A stretch of 29,560 nt of DNA from Candidatus Iainarchaeum sp. (GCA_016218635.1 JACRDJ010000095.1:1-29560); one strand, 5' to 3'; numbered from the stretch's first letter, positions 14,578 to 22,747 are shown. The notes: generated by a model from the sequence alone, not told the origin. Numbers and translations are program-made.

Positions 14578-16110
14578 TTATTCCAGTTTTTCGAGGATGA
14601 TTTTTTCCATTTCGATGATGGTCTGGGTTTTCATGTAGTCGTAGGCGGCATCCAGGCGCTGGCGGCTGCCGGAGTAAATGGTGAACACGGGCTGTTCTTT
14701 TCTGAGTTTCTGGCCTTCTTCCACGTGCAGCAGGATTCCGGCATAGGGATCAATGGGGGCTCCGGCCATGCGGGCAATGGTGGTGAGGGCCTTTACGTTG
14801 AGGTTGCTGAGTTCCCCGCTTTGCATGCTGCGGACTTCCTTACGGAATTTGGCAAAAGGAATCTGGTGGGCGGAAACCGGTTTTCCGCCTTGGGCGCGGA
14901 TGATTTCCTTCATTTTGGACAGTGCTTTTCCGGACTGGAGAATATGCAGGGCCATGTCGGTTCCTTTTCCTTTCGGGCTTTTTCCGGCCAGTTCCAGCAG
15001 CACGCCGGAGAGTTCCACGGCTTTTTGGGCGAGGTTGTCGTACACTTTTCCTTCCAGGATTTTGAGCACGTGCTGGGCTTCCAGGGCTGCCCCGAATGCG
15101 GGGCCGCTGGGTTCCATTCCGTTCGTGATGACGGCTTCCACCCGGATTCCGATGCGTTTGCCGACTTCAATGAATTTGCGGGCCAATGATTCCGCTTTTT
15201 CCTGGGTTTTGACCTTGACATCCGGTCCGACCGGAAGGTCAATGACCACATATTGGGCCCCCACGGAGGCCTTTTTGGCCATCACGGAGGCAATGACCTG
15301 TCCTTCGGGGTCGAGGGAAAGCGGGTACTCGATTTTGATGATTTTGTCGTCCGCAGGGGCAAGGTCCACGGCACCGCCCCACGCAATGACTCCGCCGGTT
15401 TTTTGGGTGATTTCGCGGATTTTGGCTAGGGATAAATTCACTGGCGCCAGCACTTCCATGGCGTCCGCGGTTCCGGCAGCGGAAGTGATGGAACGCGAAG
15501 AGGTCTTGGGGATTTTGAGTCCGGTGCTGGCCACGATGGGGACCACGATCATGGTGGCCCGTCCGTTGAGTCCGCCAATGGAGTGCTTGTCCACTATTTT
15601 GCCGGGAATGGACAGTTTTTTTCCGGATCCGATGAGTGCCTTGGTCATGTGCGTGGATTCGTCGAGGTCAAGCCCGTTGATGTAGACGGCGGAAACGAAT
15701 GCGGCGGTTTCAATTTCGCTTAAGTGGTTGGAGGAAATGTCTTCCACAATGGATTTGATTTCTTCCAGGGAGAGTTTCTGGTTATTCATTTTCTTTTTGA
15801 CAAAATCAATGCTTTCAGGGCGTCCTACGGGCCTGACTTCCACGAGGGGGGAGCCGTCCCTGATTCCCAGTTTTTCCTGCACGTCCATGAGCACGCCGAT
15901 TTCATGGCGTTTGAGCACGGAATCATAGCTTAAGTCCACCACGGAAACGGCTTTCTTTTTGTTGCGGGGATAGGTGAGTTCAATGCGTTCAAATGGCTGG
16001 ATTCCCATTTCCTTGGCGTCTGCCTCGTTGAGGTGGCACACCATTTTTCCGGCCTTGATTGGAAGGGGCCGCATGGTGAACCGGAAAACGTAGCCGTCCT
16101 TGGATTTCAT
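14578..16110 (-). CDS. deoA: AMP phosphorylase (archaeal nucleoside-monophosphate phosphorylase, thymidine phosphorylase family)
   Basis: 510 aa with the N-terminal extension typical of AMP phosphorylases. DKHSIGG, PKTSSRSITSAAGTAD.MEVLAPV and WGGAVDLAPADD motifs are present. Confidence 0.93.
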   Translation of the reverse strand: MKSKDGYVFRFTMRPLPIKAGKMVCHLNEADAKEMGIQPFERIELTYPRNKKKAVSVVDLSYDSVLKRHEIGVLMDVQEKLGIRDGSPLVEVRPVGRPESIDFVKKKMNNQKLSLEEIKSIVEDISSNHLSEIETAAFVSAVYINGLDLDESTHMTKALIGSGKKLSIPGKIVDKHSIGGLNGRATMIVVPIVASTGLKIPKTSSRSITSAAGTADAMEVLAPVNLSLAKIREITQKTGGVIAWGGAVDLAPADDKIIKIEYPLSLDPEGQVIASVMAKKASVGAQYVVIDLPVGPDVKVKTQEKAESLARKFIEVGKRIGIRVEAVITNGMEPSGPAFGAALEAQHVLKILEGKVYDNLAQKAVELSGVLLELAGKSPKGKGTDMALHILQSGKALSKMKEIIRAQGGKPVSAHQIPFAKFRKEVRSMQSGELSNLNVKALTTIARMAGAPIDPYAGILLHVEEGQKLRKEQPVFTIYSGSRQRLDAAYDYMKTQTIIEMEKIILEKLE

Positions 16111-16212
16111 GGTTTAATGAATGTCTGTGCCATAATAAATACATTGCCTTTTTTTTAGGGTGGATTATTTAAGGTGTTGGAGGCAGTAATTCTCAGCATT
16201 TGAGGTGACATT

Positions 16213-17535
16213 TTGTCTTTTGGGCTGAATCCGGATTCCCGCGGGCTTTGGATTCTGAAACTGATTTTTATTGCCATTCCTTTGCTGGTGATTGCCAGTT
16301 TTATGCTTCCCCTTTATGCAGTGATGATCGGGGTTAATTTCATTCTGCTTTATCTGACCGTTCTGTTTGTTCTGATTTATCTGCAGAATCCCGAGGAACC
16401 GGCGGTGCGGTCCCTCAATCACACGTATTCACTGGCAGTCCTGGTTCCCTGCTTTAATTCCAAAAACACCATCCGCAAATGCATTTCATCCATTCAGGCC
16501 CTTGCCTATCCGCTGCCGTTCCGCATTATTGTGGCGGATGACGGGAGCACGGATGGAACCCGTGATATGCTCAGGGAAATGAACGGCATTGAATTGCTGG
16601 AGCTTCCCCATCGGGGAAAAGGGTTTGCCCTCAATGACGGGCTGAATCTTATTTCCGAGGAGGCGGTGGTCTGCATTGATTCGGACACCTACCCGGAGCC
16701 GGATGTGCTGATGAAACTGGTGGGCTATCTCGATGACCCGGCCGTGGGGGCCGTGAACGGACGCATTGTTCCGGACCAGCGGAGGACCTTCATTCAGAAA
16801 GTCCAGAACCTGGAGTACCTGATTGCATTCGGTTACTGGCATGCGGTTCTTTCTTCCCTGAATTCCATGTCGTATGTGACCGGACCGCTGACGGTTTTCA
16901 GGCGGAGTGCCCTGCAGACCGTGGGTTATTATTTTGATACCCGGAATCTGGCGGAAGACATGGAGATCGGCCTCCGCCTTCAGGCGCACGGATACAAAAT
17001 AAAAGCCTGCATGCAGGCCTGCTCGGAAACCGATGTTCCGGACTCTCTTCCCAAGCTGGCCAAGCAACGGGACCGCTGGTACCGCAGCCGGGTATACAAT
17101 CTCATTTTGTACCGCCGGCTGTTCTTTAATTCAACCAATCCCGAGCTTGGGTTTTTCGGGCTTCCTTACCTTTTCATGGTTGAGCTGCTGATGATCGTGG
17201 TCCTGCTGCGGGTGACGCTGCTGCTGGCTTCCAGCCTCCTGGAATGGCTGAATTTCGGTTCCATTCTGTTTTTTTCGGGAAACCTTCTCGCCCTGCCGCC
17301 CATTGATCTTACCCTTGAAACCCAGCTTTATTTTTTCATTGCCACCCTGGCGGTTGTTTCGTTTGCCTATTTTCTGGGCCTTCGCCTGGCCGGATACCGG
17401 GTTCAGCGCGATGACCTGCTTCCGCTTTTATTCCAGTTCACGCTTTATCCGTACTTCATTGCGCTCGTGTATTTGCGCGGAATCATCCGCGAAATTCGGG
17501 GGGCCCGGCCAATATGGGAAAGAGTATCTTTTTAG
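16213..17535 (+). CDS. Processive membrane GT2 (cellulose/hyaluronan/PNAG synthase-like)
   Basis: VPCFN, DDGSTD, KG.ALN, DSD, LAED and KQRDRW (D, DxD, ED, QxxRW signature), with flanking TM helices. TTG start after GAGGTGA. Confidence 0.9.
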   Translation: MSFGLNPDSRGLWILKLIFIAIPLLVIASFMLPLYAVMIGVNFILLYLTVLFVLIYLQNPEEPAVRSLNHTYSLAVLVPCFNSKNTIRKCISSIQALAYPLPFRIIVADDGSTDGTRDMLREMNGIELLELPHRGKGFALNDGLNLISEEAVVCIDSDTYPEPDVLMKLVGYLDDPAVGAVNGRIVPDQRRTFIQKVQNLEYLIAFGYWHAVLSSLNSMSYVTGPLTVFRRSALQTVGYYFDTRNLAEDMEIGLRLQAHGYKIKACMQACSETDVPDSLPKLAKQRDRWYRSRVYNLILYRRLFFNSTNPELGFFGLPYLFMVELLMIVVLLRVTLLLASSLLEWLNFGSILFFSGNLLALPPIDLTLETQLYFFIATLAVVSFAYFLGLRLAGYRVQRDDLLPLLFQFTLYPYFIALVYLRGIIREIRGARPIWERVSF

Positions 17536-18152
17536 TGGCAGCCCTGGTGACCGTTGTCATTTTTGCAATAGTTTTCTCGGTGGTGAACCTGCAGGAATCC
17601 TCCATGCGTAACCAGCTTTCCCAGGACATCACCGCACTCTATGAAGACCAGCAGGCGAACAAGATTCTGCAGGCCTATCTGGGCACGCTGGACCCGGACA
17701 CCTGCGTGATTTTCGAGAAACAGATTTCCCGCCAGCTTAACCGCATCTATGACCTCTTCTTCCGGCTTGAATCCCTTCAGGAAAAAACGTTCGTCACTTC
17801 CAGCGACCCCGTCAAACGCCAGTACCTCCTCGCCAGCATGTCGTTATGGATTGACCTCCAGAATGCCTCCAAATACTGCTCCATGAACATAAAGCCGGTT
17901 CTTTACTTTTTTCCCAACCAAAAAGAATGCGCCCTCTGCGATGCCATGGTCACCCAGTTCGAATCCCTCAAAAAAGAATGCCCGAGCGTGCGCATTTTTG
18001 CATTTCCCGCGCAAAGCGATGAATTCGAGTTTTCCGAACTCCTCAAAAAACAGTACGGGGTTTCTTCCGCGCCGGCCATGGTAGTCAAAAACCGGGTGCT
18101 TTATGAGATTGTTCCAATGGAACAATTAAAGAGCCTGGCTGGCTGCACCTGA
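17514..18152 (+). CDS. Membrane-anchored extracellular protein with a C-terminal thioredoxin-like CxxC domain
   Basis: An N-terminal TM, a helical middle region, then VLYFF....CALC and YGVSSAPAMVV. It overlaps the GT2 gene by 22 nt. Confidence 0.65.
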   Translation: MGKSIFLVAALVTVVIFAIVFSVVNLQESSMRNQLSQDITALYEDQQANKILQAYLGTLDPDTCVIFEKQISRQLNRIYDLFFRLESLQEKTFVTSSDPVKRQYLLASMSLWIDLQNASKYCSMNIKPVLYFFPNQKECALCDAMVTQFESLKKECPSVRIFAFPAQSDEFEFSELLKKQYGVSSAPAMVVKNRVLYEIVPMEQLKSLAGCT

Positions 18153-18173
18153 TTCTTGGGATGCGGGATTCTG

Positions 18174-18965
18174 ATGCCTGACTCCGTCAAACGATTCTAC
18201 GAATCCTTTCCTTACCCCTCCAAGCCCATTTTTTCCCGCAAAAACCTCTTCAAGAACGCGCAATGGATTTCCCGCCTGGCGGGCATGGAACCGGATTCTT
18301 TTCCGGAAGGCTCCCGCATCCTGGAAGCCGGCTGCGGTACCGGCGAATTCTCGTGCGGGTTTGCCTTAAGCCCGCATGCGCGGGTCATGGGCGTGGACGT
18401 AAGCAGCGCTTCCCTCCAGATTGCCCGAAGAAACGCCGAAAAATTCGGTTTAATGAACGTTTCGTTTGAGTCTGCCGACGTTCTCAAATTGCCGTTTGAA
18501 AGCGGTTCTTTTGATTACGTTTTCTCGCTGGGATGCATTCATCACACGCAGAATCCCCGCAAGGCTTTCTCGGAACTCTGCCGCGTCACCCGGCCCGGCG
18601 GGGTAGTGGTGGTCGGGGTCTATCACGCGTGGGGGCGGCTGCGTACCCGTCTTGCCGGATTGCTGCTTTCGCTGGCGGTCGCGGATGAAGAAAAACGCCT
18701 TTCACTCGCGCATAAATGGTTTTCTCCGCAGAAAACGTTTTCCGCCCAGCAGCGCATCTGGCTCGCGGACAAATACCTGCATCCACTCGAGCATCACCTG
18801 CTGGTGAACGATTTAAGGCAATGGTTTGCGCAGGAAGGGTTGGAATTCGAGCAGGCGTCGCCCGCCATTCAGAAGCCATTGAGTCTGCTGAATGCCCTGA
18901 AAGCCGATCTCTCCTTCGGACTCCGCCAGGAAAGCTTCATGGTGCTGGCGGGAAGAAAGGCTTAA
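18174..18965 (+). CDS. Class I SAM-dependent methyltransferase; the track start is TTG 18156
   Basis: ILEAGCGTGE, GVDVS, FDYVFSLGCIHHT and RPGG motifs; N-terminal FYESFPYP. Confidence 0.88.
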   Translation: MPDSVKRFYESFPYPSKPIFSRKNLFKNAQWISRLAGMEPDSFPEGSRILEAGCGTGEFSCGFALSPHARVMGVDVSSASLQIARRNAEKFGLMNVSFESADVLKLPFESGSFDYVFSLGCIHHTQNPRKAFSELCRVTRPGGVVVVGVYHAWGRLRTRLAGLLLSLAVADEEKRLSLAHKWFSPQKTFSAQQRIWLADKYLHPLEHHLLVNDLRQWFAQEGLEFEQASPAIQKPLSLLNALKADLSFGLRQESFMVLAGRKA

Positions 18966-18998
18966 ACGGTGTTTTGTTGGTCTATTTGGAAGATTGTT

Positions 18999-19136
18999 AT
19001 GAAAGATCTTAAGGGCAGGTTGTTGAATCCGGGCGTCCGTTTTCATGCTCGTTCGGAAGAGTATGCTTATCGTGAAATCAAGCAAAGGCACGCAATCCGG
19101 ATTAAGGGAATTAACGAACCCGCCCGGAAGACCTGA
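18999..19136 (+). CDS. Possible 45-aa basic small protein
   Basis: Manual translation MKDLKGRLLNPGVRFHARSEEYAYREIKQRHAIRIKGINEPARKT*. It fills the gap between the MTase and the terminator. No family recognised. Confidence 0.3.
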   Translation: MKDLKGRLLNPGVRFHARSEEYAYREIKQRHAIRIKGINEPARKT

Positions 19137-19140
19137 ACCA

Positions 19141-19175
19141 AAAAAAGAAAAGGGGCCCCGGAAAGGGTTTCCGGG
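19141..19175 (-). terminator. Hairpin plus oligo-T terminator of the lipoprotein gene
   Basis: Perfect 8-bp stem CCCGGAAA (19157-19164) / TTTCCGGG (19168-19175), followed on the minus strand by GCCCC and a T-rich tail. Confidence 0.7.
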
Positions 19176-19176
19176 T

Positions 19177-19641
19177 TTACTTACAACAAAGAACCGAGTA
19201 TTCTTCAATAAACCTTGTGTCATATACCGAGCTTATAATTCCCTGTATTGTTCCACTATCCCCGGCCCTAAAGCAGGAAGAAGTTTGTCGGAGTGGATAT
19301 GTGCGGGGCGTGCGTATTGAGTCAATTAAGTTCCCTATTGAAACTATGCCTCCGGTGCAGGTTCCGTTTGTCGATGCATAGAAGTATTCATCAAACCGAT
19401 AACCTTCCAACATTGCGGTTCCCATTCCGGTAGCGGTGCACCTTTGTTGAGCGGTTTCTCCATTAAGCGCGCTGATTGAGTTACACTGCAACCCCTTCAA
19501 CTGGTCAAGGATAGTTGCCTGAACAATCTTTCCACTGGATGGCAACGCAACCGCCTCCCCCGTGCTGTTCCCTCCCTGTATTTGCGTGCACCCGCTTAAT
19601 ATCAGTAATATTCCGATTAATCCGATTCCGACCCATTTCAT
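19177..19641 (-). CDS. Small Cys-rich secreted lipoprotein; the track start is 19647, ATG 19641 preferred from RBS spacing
   Basis: MKWVGIGLIGILLILSG-C signal peptide with lipobox, then a TQIQGGNSTGEA linker. Six further Cys; ends CCK*. Confidence 0.82.
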   Translation of the reverse strand: MKWVGIGLIGILLILSGCTQIQGGNSTGEAVALPSSGKIVQATILDQLKGLQCNSISALNGETAQQRCTATGMGTAMLEGYRFDEYFYASTNGTCTGGIVSIGNLIDSIRTPRTYPLRQTSSCFRAGDSGTIQGIISSVYDTRFIEEYSVLCCK

Positions 19642-19679
19642 TTTCATTCCTCCTTCACGGGAATGAAAGTATAGTGTCT

Positions 19680-19692
19680 GGGGGGGGGGGGG
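19680..19692. repeat. G13 homopolymer (C13 on the lipoprotein sense strand) directly downstream of a TATA-like ATTAATTA
   Basis: Thirteen consecutive G at 19680-19692, the longest G/C homopolymer I noticed in the window. Confidence 0.9.
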
Positions 19693-19799
19693 TAATTAAT
19701 GTTGTGGTATAGTGGTTTGTCTGGCTGAAAGCCGGTTAGTGGCCAGTGGCCTGTTAAGTTTATATATGATTGTATACATCTGTATATTTAGGTGAATTT

Positions 19800-20030
19800 A
19801 TGGATACAACGACCTTGCGGGTGGAACGGGAACTGAAATTGGATTTGGATGAACTTAAGAGTACGAAGAATGAGAGTTATGCGGATGTGATCCGGCGCCT
19901 TGTCCGGATTGCCAAAGAGGAAAATGCTTTGTCCAAGGATGAAATCCGCCAGATTGAGGATTCACTTAAGGACCTTAAGGCCGGCCGTGTGCTCAGCCTC
20001 AAAGAGGCCGAACAGAAGTGGGGCATCTGA
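19800..20030 (+). CDS. Ribbon-helix-helix-type antitoxin; the track start is 19770, ATG 19800 preferred after GGTGA
   Basis: MDTTTLRVE..LK.DLD.LK....ESY.DVIRRLV N-terminus and acidic C-terminus ending GRV.SL.E. TATA TTTATATAT at 19759-19767 and a TGTATACA palindrome at 19771-19778. Confidence 0.75.
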   Translation: MDTTTLRVERELKLDLDELKSTKNESYADVIRRLVRIAKEENALSKDEIRQIEDSLKDLKAGRVLSLKEAEQKWGI

Positions 20031-20031
20031 A

Positions 20032-20286
20032 TTGTTTGAGTTGCTGGTCACGGAACGCTTCGCGAAGGAGCTGAAAAAGCTTCAGTCTTCGGAACGGGAG
20101 CGGATTAAGGAAAAATCAAGGGTTTCTCAGGAAAACCCGCTTCTTTTTTTTGAGCGGCTTACCGGGAATGAATTGTTCAAACTGCGGGTGGGTTCTTTCC
20201 GGGTGATTGCACTCATTCATTTTGGAAAGAAAACGATTACGGCACTCTCGGTAGGGCTCCGAAAAAATGTTTATGATAAGCTATAA
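20032..20286 (+). CDS. RelE/ParE-family toxin (TTG start)
   Basis: FELLVTERFAKELKKL, FKLRVGSFRVI and VGLRKNVY, the typical RelE pattern, 1 nt after the antitoxin stop. Confidence 0.85.
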   Translation: MFELLVTERFAKELKKLQSSERERIKEKSRVSQENPLLFFERLTGNELFKLRVGSFRVIALIHFGKKTITALSVGLRKNVYDKL

Positions 20287-20307
20287 ACTCATTTTCTTCT
20301 GCCGCAT

Positions 20308-21519
20308 TTAATTCCCGGTTTTGAGTGCCACTACGGGGTCGAGTTTGGCTGCCTGGATGGCGGGGTAGGTTCCGGCAACCATGCCGATGATGGCTGCAAA
20401 CAAGGGGGCTCCGGCAATGAGGGCGGGGTTAAGGATTAAGGGGATGGCGAACCCGTTTTGGGTGGCGATGAGGGAAATGACGGCGGTGAAAATGTAGCCC
20501 AGAATGGTTCCCAGGATTCCTCCCACCAACCCGATGGTTCCGGCTTCAATCAGGAACAGGGTGCGGATCTGGTTGTGGGTTGCTCCGATGGCTTTCATGA
20601 GTCCGATTTCGGATGTGCGTTGGATGACGCTCATGATCATGGTGTTCATGATGCCGATTCCGCCGACCACCAATGAAATGGCGGCGATTCCCACGAGCAC
20701 CAGCTGAACAATGTTCAGGACCGCAAAAGCGGTTTCCGCGATACTGTCCGCGGACATGACAGCGAAGTCTTCTTCTCCGTGCGCGCGCTTGAGCTGGGTC
20801 CTGATTTTTTCCTTGACGGATTCGTTGAGGGACTGGTCCTGGGTTTTCACCAGGATGCGGGAGGGTTGCAGGGTTCCGATGAGTTCCTTGAAGGTTTTGC
20901 TGTTAATGAATGCGGCGCTGTCATAGATTCCCCCGAACGACCCCTGGGAGCCTTTGTTGGTTCCGACGATTTTAAAGGAGTGGCCCGGCATTTCCATTTT
21001 CTGCCTGGCCGTCAGCGGGTCGGCGAACACTTTTTCCGCCACGTTTTTTCCAAGGAGGACTGCGTATTGGTCGGCGTCGCTGAGAACCCTTCCTTCATTG
21101 ATGTCCATGATTCCCACCTGTTCCAGCTGGGGCTGGTCGGAGGGATTGATTCCGACCAGGAGCAGGGTCTTGTTTTCGGATTTCACGGTGGACTGGGCGG
21201 TCGAGTAGTAGAGGGGAACGGCGAACGCCACGCCGGGGATGGCTTTATTGCGTTCGGGGTCTTTTTCCTGCAGTTTGGTGATCAGGGAGGTGCTGAATCC
21301 GCTTCCGGGAATCACGATGAGGGTATTGGATCCGATTTTTTCAAACTGCTGGTTGATGGAGGAATTCAGCCCTTCTCCGGCCGAAATGAGGGTTACGATG
21401 GCCGCGATTCCTACAATGATTCCCAGTAATGTGAGCGTGCTGCGAAGTTTCTGGCTCTTGAGGTCACGGATCGCATTCCCCAGCACTTCGGTGACGTCGG
21501 TGAACGAGTATCCGATCAT
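20308..21519 (-). CDS. MacB/FtsX-family ABC transporter permease (copy 2)
   Basis: RS.LT.LGIIVGIAAIV, a large extracellular domain, GGIGIMNTM..SV.QRT.EIGLMKAIGA and PA..AAKLDPV.AL. Confidence 0.92.
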   Translation of the reverse strand: MIGYSFTDVTEVLGNAIRDLKSQKLRSTLTLLGIIVGIAAIVTLISAGEGLNSSINQQFEKIGSNTLIVIPGSGFSTSLITKLQEKDPERNKAIPGVAFAVPLYYSTAQSTVKSENKTLLLVGINPSDQPQLEQVGIMDINEGRVLSDADQYAVLLGKNVAEKVFADPLTARQKMEMPGHSFKIVGTNKGSQGSFGGIYDSAAFINSKTFKELIGTLQPSRILVKTQDQSLNESVKEKIRTQLKRAHGEEDFAVMSADSIAETAFAVLNIVQLVLVGIAAISLVVGGIGIMNTMIMSVIQRTSEIGLMKAIGATHNQIRTLFLIEAGTIGLVGGILGTILGYIFTAVISLIATQNGFAIPLILNPALIAGAPLFAAIIGMVAGTYPAIQAAKLDPVVALKTGN

Positions 21520-21520
21520 G

Positions 21521-22717
21521 TTATTCGTACCTCAATGCGTTGACGGGGTCGAGTTCGGCGGCCCGGCGGGCGGGAATGAACCCGGAAACGATTCCGACGC
21601 CGGATGCGAACGCGAAAATGCCGGCCACGGATAATGCGGAAATGGTCAGGTCCAGTTCAATGCCCTGCGCACGGGCTACTGTTGAAATGATGAGCGAGAA
21701 GAGGTAACCGATGCAAACTCCGATGATTCCTCCGAGCAGTCCGATGGTGGCGGCTTCGATGAGGAAAAGCGTCTGGATTTGGGTATGGGTTGCCCCGATG
21801 GCTTTCATGAGTCCGATTTCCTGGGTTCGTTGGATGACGCTCATGATCATGGTGTTCATGATGCCGATTCCGCCCACCAGGAGCGAGATTCCGGCAATGC
21901 CGAGCAGGAAGAGCTGGATGATTCCAAGCACGTTTTTGGCGGTGTCAAGGAGCTGGGCCGCGGAAAGAAGGTAGAAGTCTTTTTCCCCGTGCGCGCGTTC
22001 CAGGCGGTCTTCCATGCGGGCCGAGACGCTGCCGATGAGGTCTTTGTCGGCAACCGTGACCGCGATTTCAGTCGGGTTTTTTTCCCCGAACAGTTCTTTC
22101 ACGGTGTCGGAAGGCATGAAGGCGATGTTGGTGATCAGTCCGCCGCCGATGGCCTGGGATGGTTTGGAGATTCCGGCAATCCTGAATTTTTTTCCCTTCA
22201 TTTCCACTTTTTCGCGCAGTTGCAGGGGGTTCTTGAATGCGTCTTTCGCGAAGGAATCATAGATGACCATGGCGTATTTGTCGCCTGGGGAAAGATTTCT
22301 GCCTTCCTGGATGTTCACGTATCCGGTTCGTTCCAGTTCCGCGAAATCGTTTCCGTTGACGCCGACAATGAACAGGGTGCTGGATTCGTTTCCGCGCGTG
22401 ATGGTGCCGGAGGTTTCATATAATGGAAAAACGGACTGGACTCCGGGAATGGATTCAATGATGGAGATGTCTTTTTCCCGCAGCTTGGCGAGGGCGCTGG
22501 TGATGAAGTTTTCGGCGGAGCCGGGCTCCACCATCACGGTGTTCAGGCCGATGGACTGGAACTGTTTTTCAACGGCCGTATTAAGCCCTTGCCCCAGTGA
22601 AACCAGCACCATGATGGTGGTGATTCCGATGATGACGCCCAGAATGGTGAGGTAACTGCGGAGTCCTTGGCTTAACGTATTGCGGACGGCGATGCCGGCC
22701 AAATCCAGCAGGTTCAT
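21521..22717 (-). CDS. MacB/FtsX-family ABC transporter permease (copy 1)
   Basis: Same architecture and motifs as copy 2, ending PARRAAELDPVNALRYE. Confidence 0.92.
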   Translation of the reverse strand: MNLLDLAGIAVRNTLSQGLRSYLTILGVIIGITTIMVLVSLGQGLNTAVEKQFQSIGLNTVMVEPGSAENFITSALAKLREKDISIIESIPGVQSVFPLYETSGTITRGNESSTLFIVGVNGNDFAELERTGYVNIQEGRNLSPGDKYAMVIYDSFAKDAFKNPLQLREKVEMKGKKFRIAGISKPSQAIGGGLITNIAFMPSDTVKELFGEKNPTEIAVTVADKDLIGSVSARMEDRLERAHGEKDFYLLSAAQLLDTAKNVLGIIQLFLLGIAGISLLVGGIGIMNTMIMSVIQRTQEIGLMKAIGATHTQIQTLFLIEAATIGLLGGIIGVCIGYLFSLIISTVARAQGIELDLTISALSVAGIFAFASGVGIVSGFIPARRAAELDPVNALRYE

Positions 22718-22747
22718 GGAGCACGCATACCTTGATTGATTGGCCGG

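Noticed and set aside
14725-15685. Long plus-strand ORFs (154 and 310 aa) opposite AMP phosphorylase
   Set aside because: These are antisense shadows of a well-supported GC-rich gene and have no motifs.
12538-19641. Diversity-generating retroelement, integron or shufflon as the cause of lipoprotein variation
   Set aside because: No reverse transcriptase, template/variable repeat pair with A-specific mismatches, integrase, attC sites or invertase is visible in the window.
19900-20031. 128-aa version of the RelE toxin
   Set aside because: The extension overlaps the antitoxin gene in another frame. The RelE pattern starts at TTG 20032.
20779-22655. Several plus-strand ORFs of 130-216 aa opposite the permeases
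   Set aside because: Antisense shadows; their mutual similarity only mirrors the permease duplication.
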